The notes: generated from the letters alone by a model not told the origin. DNA of 61,766 bases from Elusimicrobia bacterium CG1_02_37_114 (GCA_001871125.1 MNXB01000005.1:1-61766), one strand, 5' to 3'. Counted from the stretch's first letter, positions 29,471-38,928 are shown. Program-made: numbers and translations.

Positions 29471-30014
29471 TTCTTAAAACCTCCTTAAAAACATCAAATT
29501 CAGAGTTGTCAATTATGTATAATTCTTTTTTATTACCAGCAACTATATTTTTAGGTTCTAATTCATTATTGTTTATGATAGTCCATTCATCAGCAAAAAA
29601 CCTGTAACAGGTCCAAAAATTCTGGATACTTCTACGATAACGTCTTTCTACATCTATGTCTGATACGAAATGCCCGCCCTTTTTTACCCGTTCTTTAATT
29701 CTTTCTAACAATAATTCAATTGGATATGCAAAAAGATAATAAATTGTAATTCTATATTGTTCTTTTTTTAAGTATTCAAACCTCTTCAATAATCCTTTAC
29801 CTGACATTGTAGTCTCAAATGAGAAATCTTTGTTCTGAGAAATACACAGATCTATCATTTTAAGAGATTTCTGACCTGCTTCAATATATGATAGGTTCTC
29901 TGTTTTCTTTATGTCATCTGCATTAATAAACTGAATATTATGTTCAAGAATACTTTTTGCAAGGGTCGTTTTACCAGTTCCATTGGCACCAGAAAAAACT
30001 AAAACTTTTGACAT
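29463..30014 (-). CDS. zeta-toxin-like P-loop ATPase
   Basis: GANGTGKTT, FINAD, FETT and RVKKGGH motifs. Confidence 0.85.
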   Translation of the reverse strand: MSKVLVFSGANGTGKTTLAKSILEHNIQFINADDIKKTENLSYIEAGQKSLKMIDLCISQNKDFSFETTMSGKGLLKRFEYLKKEQYRITIYYLFAYPIELLLERIKERVKKGGHFVSDIDVERRYRRSIQNFWTCYRFFADEWTIINNNELEPKNIVAGNKKELYIIDNSEFDVFKEVLRNV

Positions 30015-30033
30015 CTTCTTTATCCTTATCTTT

Positions 30034-30891
30034 TTAATTATCTGGTTTGAATAATTTCTGCATTTCCTGTATGAAAGGTGCGGTTTTTGATTTGGAACTA
30101 TACGGCACAAAGTTTTTTCCTTTCAAGCCGGGTAAGATATCGTCCAGTCCGATAGATGAGACTTCTTCTATCTTTTCGTCACCTATTGACCTGAGCACAA
30201 GTGTTATTGTGCCTTTTTGGCTGGCAAATGTTAAAAGAGATGATTCCTGTGGAGTTAAAGCAAGCGTCATAACGGTCGGTTCTTTTTCCTGTTGTATTAC
30301 TGCCGGTAATTCCGCTTTTCTGCCATCATCAGATTTATCAGATGAGCCTATAATTTTCTTGCCGACACTGATAACTTCAATATTTTGTAGCAGTGTTAAT
30401 GTTATACTTGCCGACTTATTTTTGTCTTCATAATCAAATGTGCACAGTATATTTACCCTGTTTCCGGGACGAATCAGACCGCCGAAAGTTGACAGTTCAT
30501 CCACTGGTATTGCGATTGCAGTTTTTCCTTCAGGAATTGCTACTGTCAATCCTCTTTCTTCGTACATACCTATCAATTTAGTCTTTGTAATTTGCTCATT
30601 ACTCAAAATTGGCAGGGTTGTTGCATAAATGGGATTGCCTTTCTCATCCACAAGGTCGGAGATAGAAGTCAGGGCACCCGGCTGGACAAATTCTTTGGGG
30701 GTTTTTACTATCTGTACCAGTTTGTCTTTGAGTAGTGTCCCGCGCGGGATATATCCTTTAGATACAACTACCGGGACAGGTTTCGTTGCCTGCTGATATT
30801 TTTCTTCTAATGAATTGAGATAAAACCAGCATAAGATACCCGCGATGATACCGCATGCCAATGCTATTATCAGTGTTTTCTTTAGTGCCAT
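30034..30891 (-). CDS. cpaB: Flp pilus assembly protein CpaB/RcpC
   Basis: N-terminal TM helix, SAF domain, IRPGNRVNI and LLQNIEVISVG. Start moved to ATG 30891 behind SD AGGAG. Confidence 0.88.
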   Translation of the reverse strand: MALKKTLIIALACGIIAGILCWFYLNSLEEKYQQATKPVPVVVSKGYIPRGTLLKDKLVQIVKTPKEFVQPGALTSISDLVDEKGNPIYATTLPILSNEQITKTKLIGMYEERGLTVAIPEGKTAIAIPVDELSTFGGLIRPGNRVNILCTFDYEDKNKSASITLTLLQNIEVISVGKKIIGSSDKSDDGRKAELPAVIQQEKEPTVMTLALTPQESSLLTFASQKGTITLVLRSIGDEKIEEVSSIGLDDILPGLKGKNFVPYSSKSKTAPFIQEMQKLFKPDN

Positions 30892-30985
30892 AGTGTTTCT
30901 CCTAAACGGCAGCGAAGCATGTTTGCCGTTTACCCCAGCGAATTGTTTTATCCCTTGTGTTAGGGGATAAAACAGCGTGGGGTTG

Positions 30986-31426
30986 TCAGCTTTGTGAATT
31001 GTAATACCAGCTATTGTTGTAACATTCACTACGCGCTGAAATAGTGAATGGTTTGGGGAACCCCGGTATATTATATAACAATCTGGGCAATGTCAGGTTG
31101 TAGTTAATACTTACTGAACTTGGCCCCCAGAAATTATTTATGTGGACATCAATATTTTCCTGCCTGATATCATTTAATAAATGTTTTTCAGTAGTAAGGT
31201 AATCAACGATTTCGCCTTTAACCTGGTTTTCGTTGTAATTAGCATGAACGATGAGAAAGACACCGTGTCGCGCTGCCTGGGTAAGTATAATCCATGTTAT
31301 AAAAATACGGGCAAAAAATGTTATAGTTACAAGAAATAATACAAAGAGTGGTATTGCGAATAATGTTTCGACACAAGTTTGTCCAGAGGACTTGCATGCC
31401 GGGATTCCGCATTTGTTAATGTTGAT
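30986..31426 (-). CDS. TadE-like pseudopilin, absent from the ORF track; non-canonical ATC/ATT start
   Basis: Open frame of 146 codons: SSGQTCVETLFAIPLFVLFL...QAARHG. SD AGGAGG lies 5 nt before ATC. Confidence 0.75.
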   Translation of the reverse strand: MNINKCGIPACKSSGQTCVETLFAIPLFVLFLVTITFFARIFITWIILTQAARHGVFLIVHANYNENQVKGEIVDYLTTEKHLLNDIRQENIDVHINNFWGPSSVSINYNLTLPRLLYNIPGFPKPFTISARSECYNNSWYYNSQS

Positions 31427-32312
31427 AAAGACCTCCTACGGGGACTAACTGTGCGTCCCAGCCTTTCCCTGCTAAAAAAGGCAAATATTCTGATGCGGCG
31501 TATATACCGAGACGTTTACCTTTTTCAGGGAACATAGGCCCTATATCGTTGTAAGGTCTTGATGCAGCGACAGTATATATCTCCGGCATTTTTTTGATAT
31601 TAAAGAAATTTTTTCCGAAAGGATACCCCGGACTTGATTTTTTATATGCTGTGATTATTTGTTTCTTCTTATGAAAATTTTCACTTTGCTCATACCACCG
31701 GTCAGCATTTCTTTCCAGTATACCGCAAAATTGCGGCGGTACAGGTATAGGCCCAAAACCAATTCCAGGTATTATGCCCCATACTGTTCCCCAGTACCAT
31801 ATCTCACCTTTGTTTCTTTCCAGTCCCAATGAAAAACTGCCCGGGGTAGTTAGTATTCCATCCGCTCCTGTCGGTTCACCCCTGCTGTTGAATTCCTGCC
31901 TTCTGGCAACACTCCGGGCATACTGGAAGGCAAGTCCACCGCCATAGGCTTTGTTTATCCCCCCCTGTATTTTTTTAATACCGTCTATATATTGTTTTGC
32001 AGCTTTTGCTCCCCAGTCACAGGGTAGGTAAGGTAGTGGTGTAGGCCACCATACAAACTTAGGGAGGCCTAAAGTAAAAACTGGAATACCAAGCGAGGCG
32101 TTCAATGGGCCTATCATATTCAGTCCCCTTGCTCTGATACAGGCTGCAGTTTGAGCAGCGCAATCGGCAGCATTTTGCATCATTATGCGGTCCTTGACCA
32201 TTTTACCGATGTTAATTAGCATTAGCCATAACATTGAAAGCGAAATAACGCTTAATAATACAAAAACAATAATCTGTCCTTTTTGATTTTTTCTATTCAT
32301 CATTTTTTGCAC
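31416..32312 (-). CDS. TadG-like (Tad domain) protein
   Basis: KGQII, TM helix, MQNAADCAA. Confidence 0.75.
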   Translation of the reverse strand: MQKMMNRKNQKGQIIVFVLLSVISLSMLWLMLINIGKMVKDRIMMQNAADCAAQTAACIRARGLNMIGPLNASLGIPVFTLGLPKFVWWPTPLPYLPCDWGAKAAKQYIDGIKKIQGGINKAYGGGLAFQYARSVARRQEFNSRGEPTGADGILTTPGSFSLGLERNKGEIWYWGTVWGIIPGIGFGPIPVPPQFCGILERNADRWYEQSENFHKKKQIITAYKKSSPGYPFGKNFFNIKKMPEIYTVAASRPYNDIGPMFPEKGKRLGIYAASEYLPFLAGKGWDAQLVPVGGLYQH

Positions 32313-32733
32313 CTGGATATGATTTATCTAAATATTCTTCTGCAGGTGAGTTTATCATCCTGCAGGCAGCACTGCCGGGTAACAAGCGGAGATTGAATAG
32401 AGAGAAAAAAGCCGGGAACATTACTTCTTGCATGTAATTGATCCTTGCGGTTGTAATTTTAAGATTTCCTTCTATCGGCGTTTCAATTATTTGTGGAACG
32501 GGTATGGCCCGGATGCCTGTTTTAAAGACATAAATCACTGATGCCTGCGGGTTTTTTCTAACTATGTTTGCCCGGCAGGCAGCCTGTGCGGCATCAAATG
32601 CTATTATACGGTTGGTTGAGATAATAAAGATCTGGACAAGGCCGAAATACATACCCATTACGAATAAAATAATCAGCGTCGTTTCAACCAAAGATTGTCC
32701 CGAAGTTGTCCTAAACTCCGTTAAAGGATTCAT
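32293..32733 (-). CDS. TadE-like pseudopilin
   Basis: GQSLVE, hydrophobic stretch, AAQAACR. Confidence 0.75.
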   Translation of the reverse strand: MNPLTEFRTTSGQSLVETTLIILFVMGMYFGLVQIFIISTNRIIAFDAAQAACRANIVRKNPQASVIYVFKTGIRAIPVPQIIETPIEGNLKITTARINYMQEVMFPAFFSLFNLRLLPGSAACRMINSPAEEYLDKSYPGAKNDE

Positions 32734-32912
32734 GGAAAAGTTCCCCGCACTATTCCTGTCCGCACATCCGCAATTCTATAAAAATATCCCGATAAAGCTT
32801 TTGAAAATAGTTTGTTAATGCCCAATGTCATAAAGCAAATCATCCAGACAAGAAGTATGTATTCCACCAATGCTTGCCCGTTTGACAGGCGGACCTGCCC
32901 GTTTTTATTCAT
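32730..32912 (-). CDS. Flp-like minor pilin
   Basis: GQALVEYILL motif. Confidence 0.7.
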   Translation of the reverse strand: MNKNGQVRLSNGQALVEYILLVWMICFMTLGINKLFSKALSGYFYRIADVRTGIVRGTFP

Positions 32913-32915
32913 TAT

Positions 32916-33662
32916 TTATGTTTCTTCTAAAATGGTTGGTGTTACAAATATAACAATTGAGGTTTTTTTGGTAATTATTTTGTTTTTGCCAAATAGCACA
33001 CCCAATACCGGAATATCAGCTAATAACGGCACACCAACTTTTATTCTTTCTTTTCTTGTCTGGTTCAACCCGGCTATTGTTATAGTCGCACCGGATTTTA
33101 TGTTCAACTCTGAACTGATTGACCTTGAAAGTATTCCCGGGACAATGTTGCCACTGAGACTAACAAATACACTTTCATCAGGACAGGACACTTCTGATTT
33201 GAGTTCAACATCAATGGAATCCTCTGATTTTATAACTGGTTTTATTTCTAAGACAACCCCGTACTTTTTAAATTGAACACTTACCTGCCCGTTCGCTCCG
33301 GCAACAATGTAAGGTATCTCCCCGCCGGCGTTAAAACTTGCAGTTGTATTGTTCTTTGTTACTAATTTAGGATTTGCAAGAAGGTCAGCAGCACCTTTTT
33401 CCATAAGTAATTTAAGGTCAGCGTATATCCTGGTTAATCTTGTAAAATCACCGACAGCAAAAACGCCGGGGATACTGCTTTCCTCTGCTCTTATTGCATC
33501 AATCCAGTTGATTCCGAACTGGTGGGATAGGTTGGTATCCACTTCAACTATTTCAACAGCTATCTGCACAAGTTTTTCTTCCGCATGGACATAAGACGTG
33601 AATCCTGCAATAGTAGTTAAAAATATTATCTTGAAATATTTTAACATTAGTTGGTTACTCAA
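32916..33662 (-). CDS. compact secretin (RcpA/CpaC-like)
   Basis: LANPKLV, GGEIPY, GVPLLADIPVLGVLF and IFVTP motifs. Confidence 0.88.
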   Translation of the reverse strand: MSNQLMLKYFKIIFLTTIAGFTSYVHAEEKLVQIAVEIVEVDTNLSHQFGINWIDAIRAEESSIPGVFAVGDFTRLTRIYADLKLLMEKGAADLLANPKLVTKNNTTASFNAGGEIPYIVAGANGQVSVQFKKYGVVLEIKPVIKSEDSIDVELKSEVSCPDESVFVSLSGNIVPGILSRSISSELNIKSGATITIAGLNQTRKERIKVGVPLLADIPVLGVLFGKNKIITKKTSIVIFVTPTILEET

Positions 33663-33664
33663 AA

Positions 33665-33847
33665 TTATTGAAACTTTTCACCAGCAGACTTTGCTGAACT
33701 TACCTCGTTTTCTATTGTTTCTGCCGTGTCTTTGTAGGACTTACTGACTTTCTTGCCGAAAATTTTTAGTGCTGCAATGACAAGTATTGCAATCAAAGCA
33801 ACAATAAGTATGTATTCAACCAGTCCCTGACCCGCTCTTTTCTTCAT
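33665..33847 (-). CDS. Flp-type major pilin
   Basis: GQGLVEYILIVALIA motif. Confidence 0.85.
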   Translation of the reverse strand: MKKRAGQGLVEYILIVALIAILVIAALKIFGKKVSKSYKDTAETIENEVSSAKSAGEKFQ

Positions 33848-34185
33848 TTTATTTTCACCCCCTCTAAATTTTTATAGTTTTCCATAAGTTGTTTTACCTG
33901 TTCTTTATAAGCTTCAGGAACCCCTTCACCTATTTCCGGAGATGAGAGTTGCTGTTTGCTTTTTTGTGTTATTTGTTCAGAAATAAAAGCGATTAACAGG
34001 CCCACAATAGCAGAAATCAGTAAAATTAATAAAGCAGCTTTAAATTCTAATGGGGATATAAAAATACGTTTTCTTTTAAGTTTTTTATTGTGAGAGTTAT
34101 GGATATGTTTTGGTGCCACCGGTAGTTTGCCGGGTGAAACCCACACTTTGTTGTGGAGGTCCCCCAAATTATCGTTGTTTTTCAT
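33844..34185 (-). CDS. hypothetical single-pass membrane protein
   Basis: One TM segment; ATGA overlap with the pilin gene. Confidence 0.6.
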   Translation of the reverse strand: MKNNDNLGDLHNKVWVSPGKLPVAPKHIHNSHNKKLKRKRIFISPLEFKAALLILLISAIVGLLIAFISEQITQKSKQQLSSPEIGEGVPEAYKEQVKQLMENYKNLEGVKIK

Positions 34186-34201
34186 CCGAAAATGCCTCTC
34201 A

Positions 34202-34918
34202 TTATGGAGTCCCCGACGGATTCTCTGCAGGGACTTCCCCTTCAGGTTCTTTTGCCGTGCCGGGCAGAGGTTTACCCGATATAGCAGCCATTCTTATTTG
34301 TGCTTTCTGTGACCATGTTTCTCCGGGGTAAAGTGTCACAAGTTTTTCATAAGTTTGCATTGCGTCATTCAATGCTCCGGTAAATTCATAGACTCTCGCC
34401 AGTGATTCATAAGTTCTTCCTGTAACATAGTGGTCCGGGAATTTATCAATAAGTTCTTTGTACGTGTTTATCGCTTCCTGGTAATTGTCCAGGGACTCCA
34501 ATGAATTACCCATACCTAAATATGCAGAGGGCATAATGTCCCCCGGTTTCCCAATTTTTATAATTTCTTTGTAAATATCTATGGCCTGTTTATAGTCTCT
34601 GTTCTTGTATAGTATGTCAGCTTTGCTTAATCGTGCATATTGTGCCGATGTTGAGTTTCCAGCCTGTTGTATTATCTGGTTGAGCAGGTCTAAACCCTGA
34701 TTTATTAGATTATTCTGTATATATCCCTGTGCCATTGAAAGTTTATCCCAGGAAGTTTCCTTGATACTTTTTTGTTTGGAAAAAATGTATACGGTAAGTG
34801 CTGTAGCTATAATAACTACTGCTGATACGGAGATAACAACTTCCCTGTGTTTTTTTATCCAGTCAATTGCAGTAAGTATTGCGTCAGTGAGGTCAATCTT
34901 TTTATCCTGGCGATCCAT
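34202..34918 (-). CDS. TPR membrane protein (YfgM-like)
   Basis: N-terminal TM helix followed by TPR repeats. Confidence 0.8.
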   Translation of the reverse strand: MDRQDKKIDLTDAILTAIDWIKKHREVVISVSAVVIIATALTVYIFSKQKSIKETSWDKLSMAQGYIQNNLINQGLDLLNQIIQQAGNSTSAQYARLSKADILYKNRDYKQAIDIYKEIIKIGKPGDIMPSAYLGMGNSLESLDNYQEAINTYKELIDKFPDHYVTGRTYESLARVYEFTGALNDAMQTYEKLVTLYPGETWSQKAQIRMAAISGKPLPGTAKEPEGEVPAENPSGTP

Positions 34919-34935
34919 TTTTTAATTCGCAAATA

Positions 34936-35010
34936 TGCCCCTGGCCGGATTCGAACCGTCAGTCTTCTCCTTAGGAGGGAGCCGCTCTATCCAGATTGAG
35001 CTACAGGGGC
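34936..35010 (-). tRNA. tRNA-Arg(CCT)
   Basis: Cloverleaf with anticodon loop CTCCTAA; two stem mismatches. Confidence 0.85.
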
Positions 35011-35011
35011 G

Positions 35012-35527
35012 CTAATATTTTATCAGGGAATATATTTTATAGCCCTTAAGTTTTTGGCGAGGTTTCAGAAACGACAGTTCTATAATAAAAGCTAACCCGA
35101 CAATTTTTCCGCCAAGTTTCTCAACTATTTCTGCGACAGATTTTGCAGTCCCGCCTGTTGCAAGCACATCATCAACAATCAGTACGTTTTCACCCTGTCT
35201 TATAGCGTCCTTATGGATTTCAAGCGTGTCCTGACCATACTCAAGGTTATATGTTATACTGATGGTTTCATACGGTAATTTACCCTTTTTTCGGACAGGG
35301 ACAAAGCCACAATTAAGTTTATATGCCACCGCGCTTCCGAATATAAAACCGCGAGATTCCATACTTACGACCCTATGGATTTTTTTGTTTTTGAAATGAG
35401 ATGAAAGTTTATCCACGGTTTGCTTAAATGCTTTGTTATTGTTTAACAAAGGCGTGATGTCTTTGAAAACAATACCTTTTTTTGGAAAATCAGGCACATC
35501 CCGTATAACTTTTTTCAGGTTTTCCAT
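35012..35527 (-). CDS. apt: adenine phosphoribosyltransferase
   Basis: PDFPKKGIVFKDITPLL and VDDVLATGGT motifs. Confidence 0.97.
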   Translation of the reverse strand: MENLKKVIRDVPDFPKKGIVFKDITPLLNNNKAFKQTVDKLSSHFKNKKIHRVVSMESRGFIFGSAVAYKLNCGFVPVRKKGKLPYETISITYNLEYGQDTLEIHKDAIRQGENVLIVDDVLATGGTAKSVAEIVEKLGGKIVGLAFIIELSFLKPRQKLKGYKIYSLIKY

Positions 35528-35530
35528 TTT

Positions 35531-36358
35531 TTATATAAACCTCATTTTATATGCAATCCATTGTAGTCTTTTCTGTGCACGTTTTTCTAATTGACGGATA
35601 CGTTCTCTGGATAAATGGAATTTTTTACCAAGTTGTTCTAATGTTAATATTTTGTTATCTTTTAAGCCAAAACGTAATTCAAGTATCCTGCGTTCACGGG
35701 GTGGAAGTTGACCGAGAGCTTTATCCATTTCATCATAGGTTCTTAGTGAAGCAATTAGATTTTCCGGGGTATCGGTGCTTGAGTCTTTCAGGACATCCTT
35801 AACAAAAAGTTCACCATCTTCGTCAATGGGTGTTTCAAGAGAACCTATCCCGTGCGATATTTCAATTGTATCAGTTATGTTCTTGAGCTGTTTAACTGAA
35901 AAATTTAATTCCTGCGCCATTTCGGCTAATGTAGGGGACCTGCCAAGTTCACCATGGAGATGTTCCCAGTTTTTTATCCATTTCTTTAATGATTCCCAGA
36001 TATGAGACGGTATTCGGATAGTTTTAGATTGCTCTTCAATCGCACGACGGATGGATTGTTCAATCCAGTAAGTCGCATAGGTTGATAGTAAAACTTTTTT
36101 TCCTGGTTTGTATTTTTTGATTGCACGCATAAGTCCGAGGTTACCTTCTTCTACTAAATCCAGTAAATCTATCCCCGGTCGGCAATATTTTTTTGCTAAG
36201 GGTAATACCAGATGCAGGTTTGATTCTATTATTTTTTTTGTCGCTTTAGAATTGCCCTTTTTTGCCTTTAAGAAAAGTTTTTTGAATTCCTGCTTGGACA
36301 GTTTAGGAATTTTATCCACCCTTGAAAGATATGTGTCTGCAATACCCCTTATTCTCAT
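35531..36358 (-). CDS. RpoD/RpoS-like sigma-70 factor lacking region 1.1
   Basis: DLVEEGNLGL, STYATYWI, TIRIP and SRERIRQLE motifs. Confidence 0.92.
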   Translation of the reverse strand: MRIRGIADTYLSRVDKIPKLSKQEFKKLFLKAKKGNSKATKKIIESNLHLVLPLAKKYCRPGIDLLDLVEEGNLGLMRAIKKYKPGKKVLLSTYATYWIEQSIRRAIEEQSKTIRIPSHIWESLKKWIKNWEHLHGELGRSPTLAEMAQELNFSVKQLKNITDTIEISHGIGSLETPIDEDGELFVKDVLKDSSTDTPENLIASLRTYDEMDKALGQLPPRERRILELRFGLKDNKILTLEQLGKKFHLSRERIRQLEKRAQKRLQWIAYKMRFI

Positions 36359-36369
36359 AATGAGCCCAT

Positions 36370-37074
36370 TCAGGTCACAAGCGTTACGCCAAACACAAAA
36401 TTGTCAAAAAGAGTTTTTATATTACCGATATTGACAATAAACAAATCAATTTTAATGTCCGGTGATAACAGGACTCTCCAGCCGAAGTTTGATTCATTGG
36501 TGGATGAATTCCAGTCCAATAAAAAATATGAATGTTTTGTTGGGTAACCAACACACAAGAACTGATTTAATTCCCATTCCTCTTTATTCATAAGAGAGTT
36601 GCTATAGTTCATTCCTGTCTGCAATACAGCGTTAGCTAGATTACTGAAATCTCTGGCTACAACCAGATAATATTCCTGGTGCTGTTTATAATATATTCCA
36701 AATGAAAAGTCCAGTGGTTGATTAAATGGATGTTGTCTTCGTAGAAGATGATATTTTGTATGGATTGCCATTTCAGACATTTTTTGTTTGAATAAATCTA
36801 TGGTGAAGTCCCTGTATTCTTTCAGGTCAACGGCCACCCCCGCTTCGCATTGTGAATTAAATCCATAGTTAAAGCCAATATAAAATTTATGAAGTCCGAA
36901 AGTAAATTCCCTTTCGTTTACAGTATACGGGGAAGGTGTAAGTATGTTGCCCGTGTAGCCATATAAACTCTGTGCATTAACAAGGTATCCATAGGTATCC
37001 TGCTTGCCAAAGGAATAACTTGCACTACAAACTATCAATACATAAAAAGCCAGAGCATAAATAGTTTTTAAAAT
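36370..37074 (-). CDS. exported, probably outer-membrane protein (YjbH-like N-terminus); probable ATT start
   Basis: YGYTGNILTPS motif and beta-strand character. SD GGAGG 7 nt before ATT 37074 gives a complete signal peptide. Confidence 0.6.
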   Translation of the reverse strand: MLKTIYALAFYVLIVCSASYSFGKQDTYGYLVNAQSLYGYTGNILTPSPYTVNEREFTFGLHKFYIGFNYGFNSQCEAGVAVDLKEYRDFTIDLFKQKMSEMAIHTKYHLLRRQHPFNQPLDFSFGIYYKQHQEYYLVVARDFSNLANAVLQTGMNYSNSLMNKEEWELNQFLCVGYPTKHSYFLLDWNSSTNESNFGWRVLLSPDIKIDLFIVNIGNIKTLFDNFVFGVTLVT

Positions 37075-37295
37075 TATATACCCTCCATGCCCATAACAAT
37101 TTCAGATATTTATAATTTCCTAATACTTTGAAAAATTATACTACTTAAATACAAAAAAGTCAATAACAATATACATTTTTTGTTTTTAATCTTGCAAATT
37201 TAATAAAAAAAATGTAAAATCTAAATGTCCATAAGGATAAGAGACAATATCTTTATTTCATACATATCGTATAGAAAATTGGGCAAATACTAAAG

Positions 37296-37685
37296 ATGAA
37301 CAAAATCCTGATAGTTGATGATGATGAAGAAATTGTAAGCTTTCTAGAAGTTGTTCTTCAACAGAAAAACTATCAGGTAATCACCGCTTGCAATGGACAG
37401 GAAGGATTAAAAAAAGCCAAGGAGAATATACCTGACCTGGCACTGGTAGACATTATGATGCCGATTATGAATGGTCATGAATTATGTGAAAAGTTAAAGG
37501 ACGACCCGGACACTAAACATATTCCGATAATTATAATAACTGGTAGGGAGATGTTAGACGATGAAGTTGATAAAATACTGGAAAGAAGGGCTGATTGGTA
37601 TATGCCAAAACCCTTTGATATTAAATATTTGTTAGAGAAAATAGAAAGTCTCATTATTAAGAAACAGAGACTCAACCCCAGATAA
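37296..37685 (+). CDS. single-domain response regulator
   Basis: ILIVDDD, DIMMP and PKPF motifs. Confidence 0.93.
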   Translation: MNKILIVDDDEEIVSFLEVVLQQKNYQVITACNGQEGLKKAKENIPDLALVDIMMPIMNGHELCEKLKDDPDTKHIPIIIITGREMLDDEVDKILERRADWYMPKPFDIKYLLEKIESLIIKKQRLNPR

Positions 37686-37708
37686 AAAATTTTTTTTGGG
37701 GGGGGGTA

Positions 37709-37737
37709 TTTACATTTTCATTATAATATGCTATAAT
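37709..37737 (+). promoter_or_regulatory. csp promoter
   Basis: TTTACA-17-TATAAT with TG extension; long 5' UTR as is typical of csp genes. Confidence 0.6.
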
Positions 37738-37887
37738 TATAGCGTTGTGAAGTTTGAAATTACAGAATTCTTCATGTTTACAATTCCAATGGAGCTGTAT
37801 TTCTCACCAGAAATCAGTATCATTTCTTGTAAAACAATCTTGTAATATTTTCAAAAAATTAGCTTCACATGGGTAGGTGATTTTTTA

Positions 37888-38085
37888 ATGAAGGGCACAG
37901 TAAAATGGTTCAATTCTGGTAAGGGATATGGATTCATTTCAACCGAAGAGGGCAAGGACATATTTGTACACTTCTCATCAATTAAGGGAGATGGTTACAA
38001 AAGCCTTAATGAGGGAGACAAGGTTGAATTCGAAATAACTACCGACCAGAAGGGTGACAAGGCAAAAGATGTTGTAAGGATATAA
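37888..38085 (+). CDS. cold-shock protein
   Basis: GTVKWFN, KGYGFI and DIFVHFS motifs. Confidence 0.97.
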   Translation: MKGTVKWFNSGKGYGFISTEEGKDIFVHFSSIKGDGYKSLNEGDKVEFEITTDQKGDKAKDVVRI

Positions 38086-38108
38086 GAGTCTCGTATCTTA
38101 CACAAATA

Positions 38109-38144
38109 AAAAGCCATCCTGATTAATTTCAGGATGGTTTTTTT
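38109..38144 (+). terminator. Rho-independent terminator
   Basis: GCCATCCTGA/TCAGGATGGT stem followed by a T-run. Confidence 0.85.
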
Positions 38145-38169
38145 ATTCTTTACGGTCTTCAGGTTCCAA

Positions 38170-38199
38170 TTGACAAAAATAGTTTATGTATGTTATAAT
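38170..38199 (+). promoter_or_regulatory. sigma-70 promoter
   Basis: TTGACA-18-TATAAT with TG extension. Confidence 0.6.
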
Positions 38200-38252
38200 A
38201 AGACGTAGAATATAAATAAATCAGAACATACAATAAGATTCAGGGAGGAGCG

Positions 38253-38860
38253 ATGAAAAAGTATTGATAATCGTTGGAATTGTAGTTGTGTTGCTTGTTG
38301 CAGGAATTATTTTTATGTCAAGTTTGGTACCGGACATAAAAAAGTTTGAATATTTAAACTCTCCGCAGATAAGCAGTAAGGCAGACCAGAAAATGATAGT
38401 TGTTGAAGTTACCGGTGATCCGAGCACCGCCGGTAAGAAAGAAATCGGGGTCCTGTTTAAGATGTTCTTTACATTAAAAGGCAAAAACAAAGATATGAAA
38501 ATGGTATCGTTGCGAGCACGCTGGCCGAAGCCTGTCGAAACACCCAGGGAACAGTGGCTGGGTATATGGGCTATGCCAATATCCGAAAACGTAACGGAAC
38601 TTCCTGATATAAAAAGCGATGTAGCCATTAAAATAGATACCTGGAAGTATGGCGAAGTTGCTGAAATACTGCATCTCGGTCCCTACAGCGAAGAGGCGGT
38701 TACAATCGAAAAACTTATAAACCACATAAAAAGCAGCGGTTACGTTACATCTGGACCTCATGAAGAGGAATATTTGAAGGGACCCGGTATGCCGTTTATA
38801 AAACCAAAGGACTATGCTACAATAATCAGGTATCAGGTGAAAAAAGTAAAAGGCAAGTAA
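38253..38860 (+). CDS. GyrI-like small-molecule-binding protein; 1-nt frameshift just after ATG
   Basis: ILHLGPYSEE and GPHEEEYL motifs. The SD-led ATG 38253 is out of frame with the body (TTG 38264). Confidence 0.75.
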
Positions 38861-38928
38861 TTGTCATAATTTTGTAATTTTGGGGACACATCACTTAATT
38901 ATTTTTAGGTTATAGAGAAACAGCCGAT

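Noticed and set aside
30892-31029. N-terminal extension of CpaB, and hairpins at 30904-31049 as a riboswitch
   Set aside because: SD AGGAG supports ATG 30891. The hairpins lack recognisable riboswitch motifs and partly lie inside the TadE frame.
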